This document shows positions 1-20,100 of a stretch of DNA of 64,000 nt, in pieces. Below the pieces are notes generated by a model, which did no database searches, was not told the DNA's origin, and saw nothing but the letters and a program-made list of their open reading frames with translations. Position numbers and translations under genes: made by a program. The stretch comes from Chrysomallon squamiferum (Eukaryota > Animalia > Mollusca). The stretch spans positions 12,028,001-12,092,000 of the forward strand of contig CM022671.1 of assembly GCA_012295275.1 (NCBI GenBank), read 5' to 3'. Within the stretch, counting starts at the first letter, position 1, and each line of letters opens with the position of its first letter.

Positions 1-652
1 ATTAGTAGGAAAAAAGATCTGAATTCGCTGTCTTCAAAGTTTCTCCACTTAAATCGCTGCTGGATGAGAGTTATTTAATTAATTGTTTGGAATTCCAGTT
101 ACAGATAGTTTTTTTTTTAAAATATTTTTATTCATCTCATAGAATTTAATTTAATTTACGTTATTATCAAATTCTTTAATGAGTTAGAAGAAAGATAACT
201 GACTATGTATACACAGGTATTCTATGCCATCATTACAAAATTGTACTTTTCGATTAAATATTTCCGGAACGGTATCGAAGGATTATTTCCGAAATTCATT
301 ATTATTAAACTATTACAGATAGTCTCTTACTAAGATCAAATTGTGAGAAAAAAAACCCGGGAATTTAAATATATATTAAACCGAAATTTCAGTGTGGTCT
401 TTGTGAAATATGTCTTGTTTTGTCAGAACATCAGCTATCAAAATTCATTTTAAGAAAACAGATCCATACATTTCAGTCAGAACTTTGTGACAGCATTATT
501 GTATTATATAAATTATACAAAATCTGTGTGATATTCAAAATTTAATTACTGGCTGTATTTAATATATTTTAAAAAACTGTAATATATAGGAGAAAATATC
601 ACAGTGAGTAAGGAATATCTGGTTACCGTCTTGAGATCTGAGCTTTATCCTG

Positions 653-830
653 CACAGAGGCGTAGCGTTGACTGCGAGCGCCCGGGGCAAGGCGAGTGTA
701 TTGCGCACCGCTAATCCGTGCAATTTAGACATTCCCGAGCACCTTCCACTAGTCCAGTACTGAACCTAGCAATTTTTGCGCTCGGGGCAACTGTCCCTGA
801 TATGTCACTACCTACGAAAGTTAGAGCTGC
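653..830. mobile_element. Degenerate GC-rich non-autonomous DNA-transposon (hAT-type MITE-like) remnant
   Basis: GC-rich island starting CAGAGGCGTAGC, with the internal motif GCGC(C/T)CGGGGCAA twice (~677-690, ~778-790). It resembles invertebrate CAGGGGCGTAGC-type MITE ends. The right terminus and TSD are not recognisable. Confidence 0.35.
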
Positions 831-1138
831 AATCGCCAGTTAACCCGAGCAGAATAAAGCTGGTAGTTTAAAGCAGTAACCAGTTATTTCTTTTATATAT
901 ATATAATTATATTACTTTTTTGAAAACGTTTATATATTGATGTATAGTTTTTTTAGGCAACAACGAAATAATTACGCATGAATCCACTACTACTGTGGAG
1001 AGCAGTGAGTTAAGAAATAAAACAGTTAATTTCATTTAGTTTTTTCCGATTGAAGAATAAAAGAAATAACTGGCCTAAAAAAAGCTTTACTATATTGCAT
1101 CAATATATAAACTTTCGTTTTCAAAAAAGTTATAAAAT

Positions 1139-1545
<407 letters not shown>

Positions 1546-2099
1546 GTATTTATATTATTGGTTTAAATCTTACTTTTTGGAAAACTTATTTACAAACATA
1601 CATACACACATGCAGATAACCATAGACACATATACACTGTTCAAACTATATATGTATGTATATACATATGCGAGTGTGTGTATGTATCTGTATCTGTGTG
1701 TTTGTATATATATGTATGTATGTGTATGTGTATATATATATATGTATATATGTGTATGTGTGTGTATGTAAATAAGTAATTTATCGAAGTAAAAAGCTAA
1801 ATTTTAATAATCAATTCCCGAAAATATAGACATTTATTTAGTCATCATATCTTGCCATTTTTTATTGTGATTGCAACTGATATACATCTACATCTACATC
1901 TATCTATTTATATAGATAGATAGATATATATATATTTCCTTTCAAAACTTATTTTCATTTAAATTTGATGTTAGTGGCTAATTTTTTAATTTGCAGTATT
2001 TTTTAAATTTTTTCTTTTTTTTTTTTTTTAGGTTCTTGCTATAGATAGTGTTATCTCCACTTTGTCAGGTATTGAAATTTATCTCGTAATTGTGTCACG

Positions 2100-7219
<5,120 letters not shown>

Positions 7220-8675
7220 AATGGTTTAATAGTTCAAATTTTGCATTTTGAAAAGACAATGCTTGAATAAAACATTAATTCAGTAGCTAAGTGTACTTCA
7301 GGGTTTTTTAAATTTTGTGATTCTTTTTTTCTTCTTCTTTCTTCATTTTATTCTCTAAATTAAATCAATGGGTGTGTGTGTGTGTGTGTGTGTATGTAAG
7401 TGTGTGGTTTTTTCATTCATAATTACCAACATTTATGAACCACATCTATCATGTTCTCATTTTGAGAGTTAAATAACCTTCTGGTGCTTTTTTAATGTGA
7501 ATTTTATAAAAGATAAAAGATATGTATTACCTGCAGAAAGATGTCATATAAATCTAATAATCAAGAATCTAAAAACATTTCCATCATTTTTTTGACACTA
7601 CCACAAGAACTGAGATCATTACATCACCTGATCAACGTGTGATCATATATTCTGTTCAACAGTTACCCAATTTAGCTAATACATGCAGACAACCTTGCTC
7701 AAGTCACAGTATGTAGTTCATAAAATGTATTATATAGATTATCAAATGAGTATAATAAAATCAAAGGATGGAACAGAATGATAAAGATAATTCTATTCTG
7801 TTAATATTTATACTTAAATGTATTTAAGATTTTTATGTAATTCTACAAAAAAAAATCTTGTAAAAGATACAAAGTATTACCAAACAGTTAAAAAATGTTA
7901 CTGAAAAATTAATGGTGTGAAGTATATTTTTCTCACGAGGACAGTCTGGCATTATACCTAGTCCAGAAACTAATTTTTGAGTTAACCACTTACTTATAAA
8001 GGAAAACCATTTTCTAGTTTCTAGAGGTTTTATTCTTAGCTTAAATTATTTTTTTATAGTTTTTCTTTTTATATTTACATATTCACTTCTTTTATCTTTC
8101 TTTCATAGGTTTTCTTTTCTTATCTATATATTCAGATCTTGTTCCTTCCTGTGAACACCTACAATACATTATTCTGTGATTGCTTTTTCAGCTGTTCCAT
8201 TTTTTACATTTAGTATTTTCTAGATTGTTTAAGTAACAGCAATAAAACAATTTATATCTGAAAATTAGTTTTCTTTTCTGTATATAAAATATCTGTAATA
8301 TTGCATAGGATAATTAAATTTCTCAATTTAGAAAATGAAGATGCTTCCAGTTTTATGAACTAGATTTGTACAAATAGTGCCCATACTTTTCTGTTTTATA
8401 CGATGCTTCCATATTAAAATCTCCATGCTGGAGATTATTCATTATAAACTGTCAACCAAAATTTTACTCATCCTTTTTTTATTTTCTAAATTTATAGTAC
8501 CATCACAAATGAGAACAAAGACAAATGAGGAATTAAAATAAAGATGTATATTATTTATTATTATATATATATACACATTTTTAGCAGTATGACTGATAGA
8601 AGTAGCTCTATTTAGAAACATTGTTCTGCAATGCATCCATTAAACTGTTTGTGGTATAATTTGGATAAAGAGTTC

Positions 8676-11094
8676 TCACTGCCCTGGAGCAGACAAACTT
8701 TTATCCATAAACTTCCTCTTGGCAAAACACAGCCACCACTGAAAAAAATTAAATTAAAGAAAAATGTAATTATTTAAAAAAAAAAAAATAATATATATAT
8801 ATAAAGTACATAAATATGCTGTTCTCATTAACTATAATTATTACTGATTAAATAACATATTTTTCAGTAAAGATTCATATCCTAGGATGATCGTTGACAT
8901 TTACAACAGTCAAAAATATTTTGATGGAAATCTGCTATTTTCAGATTTGGATAACAAAATGTTTCATTTCAAAATTTGCATATATTATTAGACTTCTGAG
9001 GCAAAGATATACATCTGTGTTTATTTTGATTTACCTTGCTGGGTTTGTCTGTGGCAGGATCAAAGACTTTCTCACAAAGTCTGTTTCCAGTTTCTTGTCG
9101 CAACTGCTGAAGGTAAGATCTCATTGTGTCTATAGTTTGAAAAACAAAATGTTACTTAACAATCATTTATGGAAAAAGGATAACAAGTTTACTGTGTAAT
9201 TTTCTTTTTATTTAAGAAAAGAAAATTGACCTATGATTATATCAAGCTGCAAACTGTGAAAGGTTACAAGATCTGTCCTTGTCAGTTTATGATGATTTAT
9301 AAAAGATATTGATTCTGGTCTGTGGGAAAATAAATATATATCTCATGCACTGTCTACTGCAAAATCAATTATTTAATAACAATTTTTCAAATAAAATATG
9401 TTGAAGTTCTGTTAAACATTTATTTCTAATTGTTGATTTCCATTTTTTATTTTTAAAAAAGACAAGTTCCTATAATTTAATCTAAAACTGGAAATATAGT
9501 TGCTACAATGTGAAGCTTATAAAATCTGATTTACAGAATTTCTTAATAACAAACCTAATAAAGGCTAAAGACTGTAATATCTAACTGAGAAAACAAACAT
9601 CTACTACAACTTGTTATTATCAATACATATTAATACATTTGTATTTATTCGTATGTGATCAGTTCACAGCTATAAACACAAGTTACCTTCTTCTGATCTG
9701 TTTCGAGGTTTGGCATACATGGCATTCAGTGGAAACTGAGAATCTCCAGGTATAGGAAAATTGGAAATTCCAAGAGTATACATTTCTTTTTCACCTTGAT
9801 TTCTGGATGAGCACTGTTCAGAAACAAATTTTTAAAATCATGTAAGCTAAATTTTAGTAAAAAAAAACATTTTTATTAAATTAATCTTTATATTATAATG
9901 AGAGGATATGAAAAGGATAATTTTTAAAATATACACTTTTTTATTCAGATATTAAAATACAAGAAAAAAACCATATAATAATAATAATAGCATAATAAAA
10001 AATAAATAAATTATCTTAATCACAGACTAAAATATTAAACAAGTCTTTATATAAATAATATATTAATATGTATATACAAATATTGTGTGTGTGTGGGTGT
10101 GTGGAGGAGGCAAAAACAAACCTTTTGAAACTTTTTTAAACATTCACTTATATAGAGTGTTAGATATATAAGTGTTCTGTCTGCTTCACTCTGAAAAAAA
10201 CATTTATTATGATTTCATTTAGACAACATGAAAACTGATTGCATACTCAGTAACTTAATAACTGCTGAGAAACTTAATTTGTATTTATCACATTTAGTAT
10301 AAATTTATACTAGTTAACTTTTTGAATAATATTTATTCATCTTTAAATTTGTTTATAGAATAGATAATTGCAAAACAAATAAGTTTTTTTTTGTATTTCC
10401 TTGAAGTAATTCAAATCTTCATAAGTATATCTATATCTATATATATAGATATGAAGATTGTATATAAACAAACATACACATCATAATAAAATATTTTATA
10501 AGAATATTTGCAGAGATTCATAATTATAGTAATATACATTATTAAAAGAAGGACACACATAATTTATATAACTCATCACAAAGCTTTTTCAGAGTAGGTT
10601 AAACATTTCACAAACATTTATTATTAATAATCACAAACGCTTCATGAATGTATCAAACATGATGTATAAAATAAACTCCACTGTGTGATAGTGTGTCATT
10701 TTTGGGGTCATATCTATTATTAACTAATTGAATATAATTTGTTTGTAATAAAAACTTACTTTAATTTCATAATTTCTGAAGAAAATATTAGCTTTGAAAA
10801 AGTAAATAGCTTCATCAATGATATCTTGTTCACCAGCTGAAATAAAATAAACTCCTTGATTATTTTAAATTGCAGAAAATACTATAACAACAAAACTCAC
10901 AACCCCCAACACATAGATATATTAAGCTGAAAAAAAGAAGTAATATAAATAATCAAAACCAATAATGATTATCAGTGAAGGTGAGTACTCACAGTTTCTA
11001 GGGGCTGGGCCCTTATACTGAGTTCTGATTGGAAGCAGAGCCATGTTACCAGTTAGCTGAGGTGCTTGTACAAACTGAGAATGGTAGGCCTTGA

Positions 11095-11131
<37 letters not shown>

Positions 11132-11694
11132 GCAGTACTAATAAAACCTATATATAATTAACCTTTGAAAGAACTGTACACTGATCTTGATGTCTACAGT
11201 GTAAATGAAAGTCAATTATCACAACTTAGAAAAGGACTTTTTATAATCTCTGAAATTCAGAGAAATTATTCTTTTATCTTTCTGGTTTGTTTACACTCTA
11301 TGTCACCATAATTTTAATCTGTTTATCATCATGTTTTGTCATACACCAGTAAATAATAAATTATTAATAATTTTCCTGTGACTCCAGCTGTCCTGTTAAG
11401 TTAGAAGGCTACAATACTAGCAATATTTTTTTTCGTTTTAATATACTAATAGTAATACTACTACTAATAATAATAAACCTCATATTATGGTACTTGTAGT
11501 TACAGAGCTTTGGGATAGCTGTTTTTGTGTACGTATTATTATTATTATTTCATATAAATGATATTTGATTTAATATCTTTATTATTTATTTTAAAAAAGA
11601 AGGAAATTCGTCTTTTTAACTTGTCAAACTTTATTATTTTATATTATATACTTTTTAATGGAATTTTTTTATACTAGAAATAACTAACCGGCAT
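8676..11694 (-). CDS. ARPC3: Actin-related protein 2/3 complex subunit 3 (p21-ARC), 177 aa, 7 coding exons
   Basis: Exons 11694-11689 (MP), 11089-10993, 10836-10760, 10190-10122, 9813-9687, 9129-9035, 8738-8676; 534 nt total. Translation [120 protein letters not shown] matches ARPC3 throughout. Confidence 0.98.
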
Positions 11695-12585
11695 GGTAGA
11701 ATAGTTTTTGTTTTTGTTTTTAATCAGCAATTCAGTTCAAGAACGAAAAGTTGTAACACACCCCAAGTACTTCCGTGTTGTTTAAAGCGGATTTAAAACG
11801 GAGCACCAGTTTGTTCGGGTCCCACTAATTATAATACAGGGGAGGACGACAAGTTCAAATAACAACAGAAGGGCGAACATTTGTCCAGTAATACAGTTAT
11901 ATAACAGTCCTTGCTACTATAACATTCGTATGCATTTGTTAAGTCTAAACAAACTGTGTCAAAACCCCAATACTCAATTATGACAGCAAATGCAGAATTA
12001 GCATCAATTAATTCATAAACACAGATACATGTATTTTAAATGTGATTATTTTATTATTGTTTACTGAATTCTTATCTTAAAGATGATACTATTTTACCAA
12101 AAAATTATATAATTTAATATCTTTGACAAATGTAGATGCTACTGTTGATTTTTTTTTTTCTCATTATTTAATTATTTTCCTGGTTTTTGTCGGTTGTTAT
12201 CGGTAATTAATACATCCGAATATTTATTTTCTGTTGTCCAGACTATAGAAATCGAGAATAACGGTTTGATTAACGAGACACGTTAGAACCTTTACTTCGT
12301 TAACAGGTACGGCAGCCGTGTGCCAGACTAAAGATACATCAAACGTGCGCTGGCGCATATTATCTATCCTTCTTTTTTCTTTTTTTAAACTATAGAAAGA
12401 TTTGAAAATTTAAATTTTATAGAACTGTATTATATATAAGCACAGAACCTGCTGGAATCGTATCTCTCGGAAACGAGCGCGAAAGAAATACTTCAGTTAA
12501 ATAATAAAATACACCGAAATTTCAAGCTTGTATATCTATAATCGAAACATTGTAGTGTGACTTTATAGTACTTCCAAATTTGGTA

Positions 12586-12622
<37 letters not shown>

Positions 12623-12968
12623 ATAGCTTCTTGCATTTGCCAAATGGTACTTGTGGCAGTGATGTTTTTTCTTGGGCGGGGAGGGTACGTTTGTTGTATC
12701 CCCAGCTATCCACATAATCATATGAATACGGCAACATATATATTGATATGATGCCGTACGGCAGTATTTCTATTTCTGAAATGTCTTGGAATACGGCATA
12801 AATGTGTGTATTCGCGAAAGAACTACTTAATCCCTAGCCTCTCAATGGATACGGCTGCCGTACCTGTAGCCAGAGCCTAAATTTAACCAGTCTATAAACA
12901 AATGCATGTGATTATTTAAAGCAACTATTATTTTACGAATTTGAATAGACATTATTTATCTGCACAAA
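11695..12968. promoter_or_regulatory. Divergent (bidirectional) promoter/5'UTR interval between ARPC3 and GPN3
   Basis: 1.27 kb between two head-to-head ATGs, with a more CpG-rich patch at ~11740-11880 that includes an ETS-like ACTTCCG at 11768-11774. Transcription start sites cannot be determined. Confidence 0.6.
12303..12867. mobile_element. Non-autonomous DNA transposon (MITE), 565 bp, with perfect 17-bp TIRs
   Basis: ACAGGTACGGCAGCCGT (12303-12319) and its exact reverse complement ACGGCTGCCGTACCTGT (12851-12867). Internal TACGGCA subterminal repeats at ~12727, ~12757 and ~12792, plus an internal (TG)n. The TSD is ambiguous, so no superfamily is assigned. Confidence 0.8.
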
Positions 12969-15900
12969 ATGAAATATGCTCAACTAGTTATGGGACCTGC
13001 AGGAAGTGGGAAGGTATGTTTATATATCAGAACTACAACTGTAAAGTGTAATGTAAAAGAAAAAGGAAAAAAAGCTATCAAGTATCACTATCAGTATGAT
13101 AGTTACATAATAACATAGTATCACTATCAGTATCACTGAATCATGATACTACTATTACTAGTATTAATATTAGTGTTATTATTACTATTATTCATTATTG
13201 TGAATCATTGAAATGCAGAATCGGTGAATGCACAGCTATCAGCTATCATAATTTGCTCATATTCATAAGTGAGTATTTCATTCATATTAATTCTGATATT
13301 ATTATAACTTAATAAGCATGACACTTTTTTTTTATGATTAATATTTTAATTATTTAATTATCTGATCATAATGTGTAAAGGATAATAATCAATTTAATGA
13401 TAGCATTGATATTTATTTAAATTATTATTCTGATAAACAGTCAACATACTTAAAATAAATGTTATTTAAATAATTTTTGTAAGTGACATTAAAACAAAAA
13501 CAAAAACATATTTTTTTTCATGCCTGAGTGACCTATCATATCATTATCAAAGAATAACTGCTATAAAAAATATAATTATGGATATATATATATATAGTAA
13601 TTTAAAAAAAATAATAATAATAAAAAGGAAAATAACATTTTTAAGATATATTTAATATATTCATCTATATTTTATTTCAAACATTGATAATTATTTTCAG
13701 TCAACGTTTTGCTCTAACATAGTGAAGCACTGTGAGGTGATAGGACGTACTGTGCAGGTAATAAATCTTGATCCAGCAGCTGAACACTTTGATTACCCTG
13801 TGTACGCAGGTAAATTTATCATTCATAGTGTATTAGAAATTTCTGTTAAAGACTGAATTAGACACACATGCACACACACACACACACACACACAAAAATA
13901 CACTCATACTGGGAGTCATAACAATTTCTGTTTGCTAACCTACTATATTCCTTAATCTGCCTCACTTGACCCACATTGTTTATTGACCTTTATTACTAAT
14001 TTGTTGAACTTTTCTTCAGCTGAAAAGAATTAACAATCTAGGAGATATAATGTTTTAAACTAGTCAATATAAGGTATTGGATAACATGTTGGTCTTATAT
14101 TATACAGAGAAAGCAATTTGAGGAAATCATAAGCCCATTACTCTTTATCAAGCATGTCCTTTTTACTGTCAGAGATCTGACCAAAACAGAGATTCATTCC
14201 GTGTATTATCCCAAAAATACAAAACAGCAAGTCCAACCTAAGCAGTGTATTTTAGTGTATGCTTTTCCCAGAAATTAGTTTTTCATTTTAAATTAGTCTA
14301 TATCCAACTTACTCAAGTTACTGTACATAAGTTTTTCCAAGTATTAATTATAAATATTGATGTAAACTTTAAATATAAATGTCAGTGAATCTTTGTGTTA
14401 ACAATGTAATAGAAAAAGAAGTTTATCTTATAATATCTGCTTATTACTCTAGATATCAGAGAATTAATTCATATAGATGATGCAATGGAAGATACTGTCC
14501 TTCAGTTTGGTCCTAATGGAGGACTTATCTTCTGCATGGAGTAAGTAGATATTAATATACAGTATAGTTGCTCTGTACATTTGATTGTTTCTAACAGTTA
14601 GTCAGAATACATTTATTTACATACTTAAATCTATCTATTTAATTTGTTTCAGAAAATTAAAAAAAATAAATGATGAGTATGAAAACCTGATCCTACCATA
14701 GATACCCTTTTTCAGTTGTAACAATGTATATTTGTCTTACTCCTTTCCTCAGACAGGAGAACATATACCAGACCTTTTTGGGCCACTGCCTGGAATAGGA
14801 TGTGCATTTTATCAATAATGAAATAATATCTATAATGGCTTTTATTTGTGATAAACCTGATGTTTAATGCCTAATAAGAATTAGCAATTAATATTAAAAT
14901 ATGGGACATTTTAAAAAACAGCATTCATCTCATTAGAATTTACTAAATAACAACAATTTGTGTACAGGTATTTAGCTCAGAATTTTGACTGGTTACAAGA
15001 GCAGTTAGATGACATTGATGATGACTACATTCTGTTTGACTGTCCAGGTAAAATACAAATATTTGAGCTATTTTGTTTTTGCTGAAATAGTAAGCAGCAA
15101 TTACAACAAGTAATTTTCTATATATTTATATAAGTAGAAACCATGTTTTCTATATATATATATTTATATATATAGAAAACATGATTCCTACTTATAAATT
15201 TATTATAGTTTAGTGATTAAAATTAAATTAATGGATGTTCCATTACAGAAATATTAATTAATTTTCAACAAGATGTGTACACATTCATATTTACTATTGT
15301 TTAACATTCATAAATTGAAGTATTTTTTGTTCTGAGTATTCTCATTTAGTAATTCCTGTTTGGCCTATTAAATATTGTTTTTTGTTTTTTTATTCTAAAG
15401 GTCAGATTGAACTCTACACACACATTCCTGTGTTCAGACAGTTGGTAGATACACTGCAAAACTGGAATTTCCGTATATGTGGAGTATTCCTCATTGACGC
15501 CCAGTTCATGATAGAAGCATCAAAGTTTGTGTCTGGGGTAATGGCTGCTTTGTCAACTATGGTGAGCCTGGAGATCTCTCACATCAATGTTTTAACCAAA
15601 CTCGATTTGCTTAGTAAGAGAGCAAAAAAAGAAGTGGAAAGGTAAGAAATTTTGCATATATAGAGACATTTCTTTCATATGATAAGTTATTTTATATTTT
15701 GTGGTGTGTTTTCATAAAGACATTTTCTTTAAAACTGTAAAAATGCTGATAGCATTTTGAATTTAATTAGATTTCAGTGCAACTCAAATTTAATGCTCAT
15801 TAAATTTTTTTACACTTAAATTGGTTAAATAATTTTGGCTTCATTTGGACAGCATGCTAAGGATTTTTTTAGTTTAAAAAATGTCCGGGCTTTATTTTAT

Positions 15901-16981
15901 TATATATTTATTTATTATTACTGTTATTGTGAGCATTAGTACTTGCAAAGTTATTTGTTTTGACACAATTGCAAATTTTATGATTTCAGATACCTGGAGC
16001 CAGACATGGAAATGTTACTGCATGAAGAATTTGATGACAGCAAATACAGTCACAGATTTAAAAAGCTGAACAAATCTATAGCAAAACTAGTGAGAATTTT
16101 TTTATAATTTAAATACTATATAATTAAGGTTTTAAAATACACAGATGAAATTATCAAAACTTACTGCTTTGGTGTTTGATTTCAATACTCTCTGATGACA
16201 TTCTTGTACATTTGTGTGATTTCAATATAGTCTTATAAAATTATTATGCATTCAAGACTGATTTTCAATTTAGATTGATGACTACAGTTTAGTGAGATTC
16301 ATTCCACTTGACCCAACAGATGAAGAATGTATAGGGGAGGTTCTGCTCCAGATAGACATGGCTATTCAGTATGGAGAAGATTTAGAACCAAAGGAACCTA
16401 GAGTATGTACTGAATGTAAATTAGTAAACTGGATAATTTATAAATATTTGTGTGTGTAGAGGAACTGTTACTGTTGTTGATGTATTTCTTTTTCTTCATA
16501 TTGTTCTGTTACTCTCAAGTTACAATATTGTTGTATATTCACATTAATGTATTATGAAATGTGTATACAGTTGCCACCCACCAGTTGATAACATTACAAG
16601 TGGCAAAACTTTCTGTTTATTTGTTTTATGATGATGTTTTTGTTATTTGTTATTTTTTTAATTTGATTTTTTTTTTCTTTATATAATAACCTTTTTTATG
16701 GATTTGTACAAAAATGAAGAGGAAAAAAACCAAGAACTACAATCCATAATTATTGTTCAAATAACAGATACGATATTAATTTTCTGTTACGTTCAACCAT
16801 ATTAAAATGGCTTTTTGAACTAAAAGATGGGTATATTAAATTTATGCATGTTGTGCATTCCAAAACACAAACAAAGGTTGTAGATGCTGAACACTTACTT
16901 AGTTTTATTATTTGTACTTTGCTTTAGGAACTAGAGGAGCCTGGTGAAGGTGCTGAAGAAGATAGTGGCTTTGATGGATGA
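12969..16981 (+). CDS. GPN3: GPN-loop GTPase 3, 281 aa, 8 coding exons
   Basis: Exons 12969-13013, 13701-13809, 14453-14540, 14968-15047, 15401-15641, 15990-16089, 16274-16402, 16928-16981; 846 nt total. Motifs: [17 protein letters not shown] (P-loop), [74 protein letters not shown]. The N- and C-terminal motifs are GPN3-type. Confidence 0.97.
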
Positions 16982-19307
16982 CAGAGTAACTAAACCTTGC
17001 ATACAAACAGTGAATCACTGTTAAAAAACAACAACAACAATGTATGAAAAGAGATGTCCAAGAAAACATTTTCTTAATGAAAGGAAATAAATTGCTGAAG
17101 TGGATTGATGTATAATGTGATCATTCTGGTTCAGAATTTCCAATTGATGTCATCAAGTATAAAAATTTAACATACTCAAAAATCTTCAATAAAATAATTT
17201 TTATTGTATTGCCATAATTAACTCAACAGTGATTTTTTATGGCTGTCTACAGGATTGAATGTCAAACATTTTGAACAGTGAAGTATTCTGCGACACTGAA
17301 CATCTTTATTGGAAGAAAACATTTTTTGTTTTATTCTTATGTAAAATATGTTGCTGTATTGTAAATAAAAATTTTAAAAATCAAATCAACAGTATAGTCT
17401 TTTATTATTTTTATTTTAATCATAAATATTAGAAATTAATTAAATTAAAACATTAGTAATATATAAAAAGAAATGCTTAATGGAAATAATAAAATACATT
17501 CATGAATGTAAATTACAATAAAAGGCCTAACTTTCAACTCCACTTGTATTTAAACATTACCTGAGATCAAAATGGTTTTCATACATGTTCTGAACCATGC
17601 TATAGCACTATTAGATGTTTAAAAAATTTAAAAGATCAAATCCTAATACTTTTTCCATGTTCTAATCACTGCTTCAAGGACAGACATTGGAGTAATTTTG
17701 TCCTTTAAGGATGCAAACACAAAGGAACCCATACATATTACTGGAAAGATTGGTTCACACTAGATTTTTCTCTCGTATGACATTAAAAAATTACACATTT
17801 TTTCTTTTTAAATTACTAATTTTGTGCTGATGTATTATTGTTTTTATTAGGCCAATTTGACTTTAACCTTATATTGTTTTCAATCTGATATTTAAAAAGA
17901 TAGGTTTTAATTAATGAAGTGTCATCTGACTGTCAATATAATCTATGACAACAAGCAAACCATTGAAGTATTTATCATTCTTATAACCAAATAATACCCT
18001 AAAACAGTTATTTAGGCATGCATGTAGAAACATATATGCTGTTTGTAGTATATGTAGAGCAATTTGTACCATTTGATTAAAAATTTACTTTTAAAATTTC
18101 CATTTATTTACAATTTTTTATATCTACCTTTGTGAAACAAAAATATAACTTGCTTGTTTTATGAAAACAAAATAATTAAACAACAATAAATTACAGAAAT
18201 ACTGTATAAGTAAGGATACAATGACATGTACATCAAAAATGATAAATAAAAAGATAACTGCATTCAAGAGTAAATTTAAAAAAAAACTAATGACAAATAA
18301 CAATCATTTTGTAAGTCAACAACATTTCAGCAGATTTTGCCTAATTTACAAATATCATTGCAATAACATGAATGTCAGCTGATTAACAGTTAACAGATAA
18401 ACACTGATAGTCATTTGACATTTGCTTGCAATTTCATTAATTTTATATCTATTCATGTTTAACTTTTTTCAATTAAAGCAATTTTTAAATGTTTTCCTAC
18501 AAAATACTGAAGCATTAACTGCTAAATTACCACTACAGCACGAATAATTTTAATAATAACACCTTTTCTTCAAGTTTATTTTATGCACAAATTCTGTAAT
18601 GCGTTGAAGGAGCATGAATAATTATCATTTGCTTATTTCTTCTGCTATATTTTGTAATTTTTTAAATATAACTTATTAGATAATTTTAAAAAATTTAGAA
18701 AAGATCCTCAACCTTCATTATTCACAATACTTAAAATATATTATATCTCATATATAATTTGCAAAAGCTTATTTGTTCTCACACATAATTCTTAGCTATT
18801 TACCTTAAATACTTTGTAAATCATCTCTACAGAACGAACGTTTAGAAACACAAGAAATTTTAAAGTTATTATTTCTCTTTTAATTCACAACCTATTTTAA
18901 ATTAACTAACATTCTTTTTATTAAGTAAAAATAACTGTTTATGTGAAAAGTATTTTGATTTCCCACCCCCCCATGAGGTAGTTTAAAAAATATACCTACA
19001 TTATGATATTCAAACAGAACTAACAAAAACTGGAATGTTGCTATTGCAGTACTATTATTAGAATGGAATAGAGATATGTATTAAGTGTGGGTTTATTACA
19101 CAAGTCATATTCTTAAACACTGGTAACCTATAAGTAACAAGACTTATCTGGGTTCACTCAGTGACCAGTTAACCAGCTTTAAGGAGACTACTAAACTTAA
19201 ACTAAATATCAGTCATTATCCATGTCCAGTGAAGGTCTATAATTCTAGCTTTGTTTTCTTCTAATCTACTAAGTTTACATTTCTTTTTATTCACTTCACT
19301 CAGCTGT

Positions 19308-20053
19308 TTATACTTTGTAGCCTTTTGAATCTGCCCACAGTTTTAACATCTTTTCTTGTTTTGTCAGCTGAGTTTCATACCTGGTCACTAATGAATTCAA
19401 TTCATTTATGATTTGATCTTTGCTTTTTAATGCTGCATTGATCTTTTCCATGCTGTTTTTCATTTCATCACAGTTTGAACACTGACCTTGCTGTGAAACA
19501 AAGTTAAAAATGACTATGAAACAAAGTAAAATATCATATAATGTGCATATCACAGCTGACATAAATATGATTTAGTAAATGATGAAATGTACAATTTATG
19601 TCTGCATGTGTACACTCATAAATATATGCATATTTATATATGAATATATTGTTATAAACTGAAAAAAAAAAAAAAAAAAAATAACATATCATACCAGATA
19701 TTTTCATCATTTTCACTTAAAGGGGTGGTGTGGGATTTTAAAACCAAACTGAATTATATGACTTTACTAAATTGATATTATTTCTACCAGTATAATGTTG
19801 AGAAACAAAGTCCCAGTCAGGTTTGAATTTCATGTTTTATTTCAGACCTGTTTGTTTCTTGAGTAGGATTTCAGTTTTATTTTAAGCATATCTGATTCGT
19901 CTTGAAGTCTGGCCAATTCTTTTGTGAGTTCTTCAAGCTGCTGCTGTCTTTCCCTGAACAAATAGAAAGATAAAAAAGTAAAATAGTTTGTGAAAATGCT
20001 TGTAACTGTTAATTTGGAAAAGTTTTTAAACATTTAAAAAAATGTATATATAT

Positions 20054-20100
<47 letters not shown>

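Noticed and set aside
10981-10992. Palindrome GTGAGTACTCAC giving donor consensus on both strands
   Set aside because: One half is the ARPC3 exon 2 donor; there is no evidence of a plus-strand exon, and a 12-bp palindrome can occur by chance.
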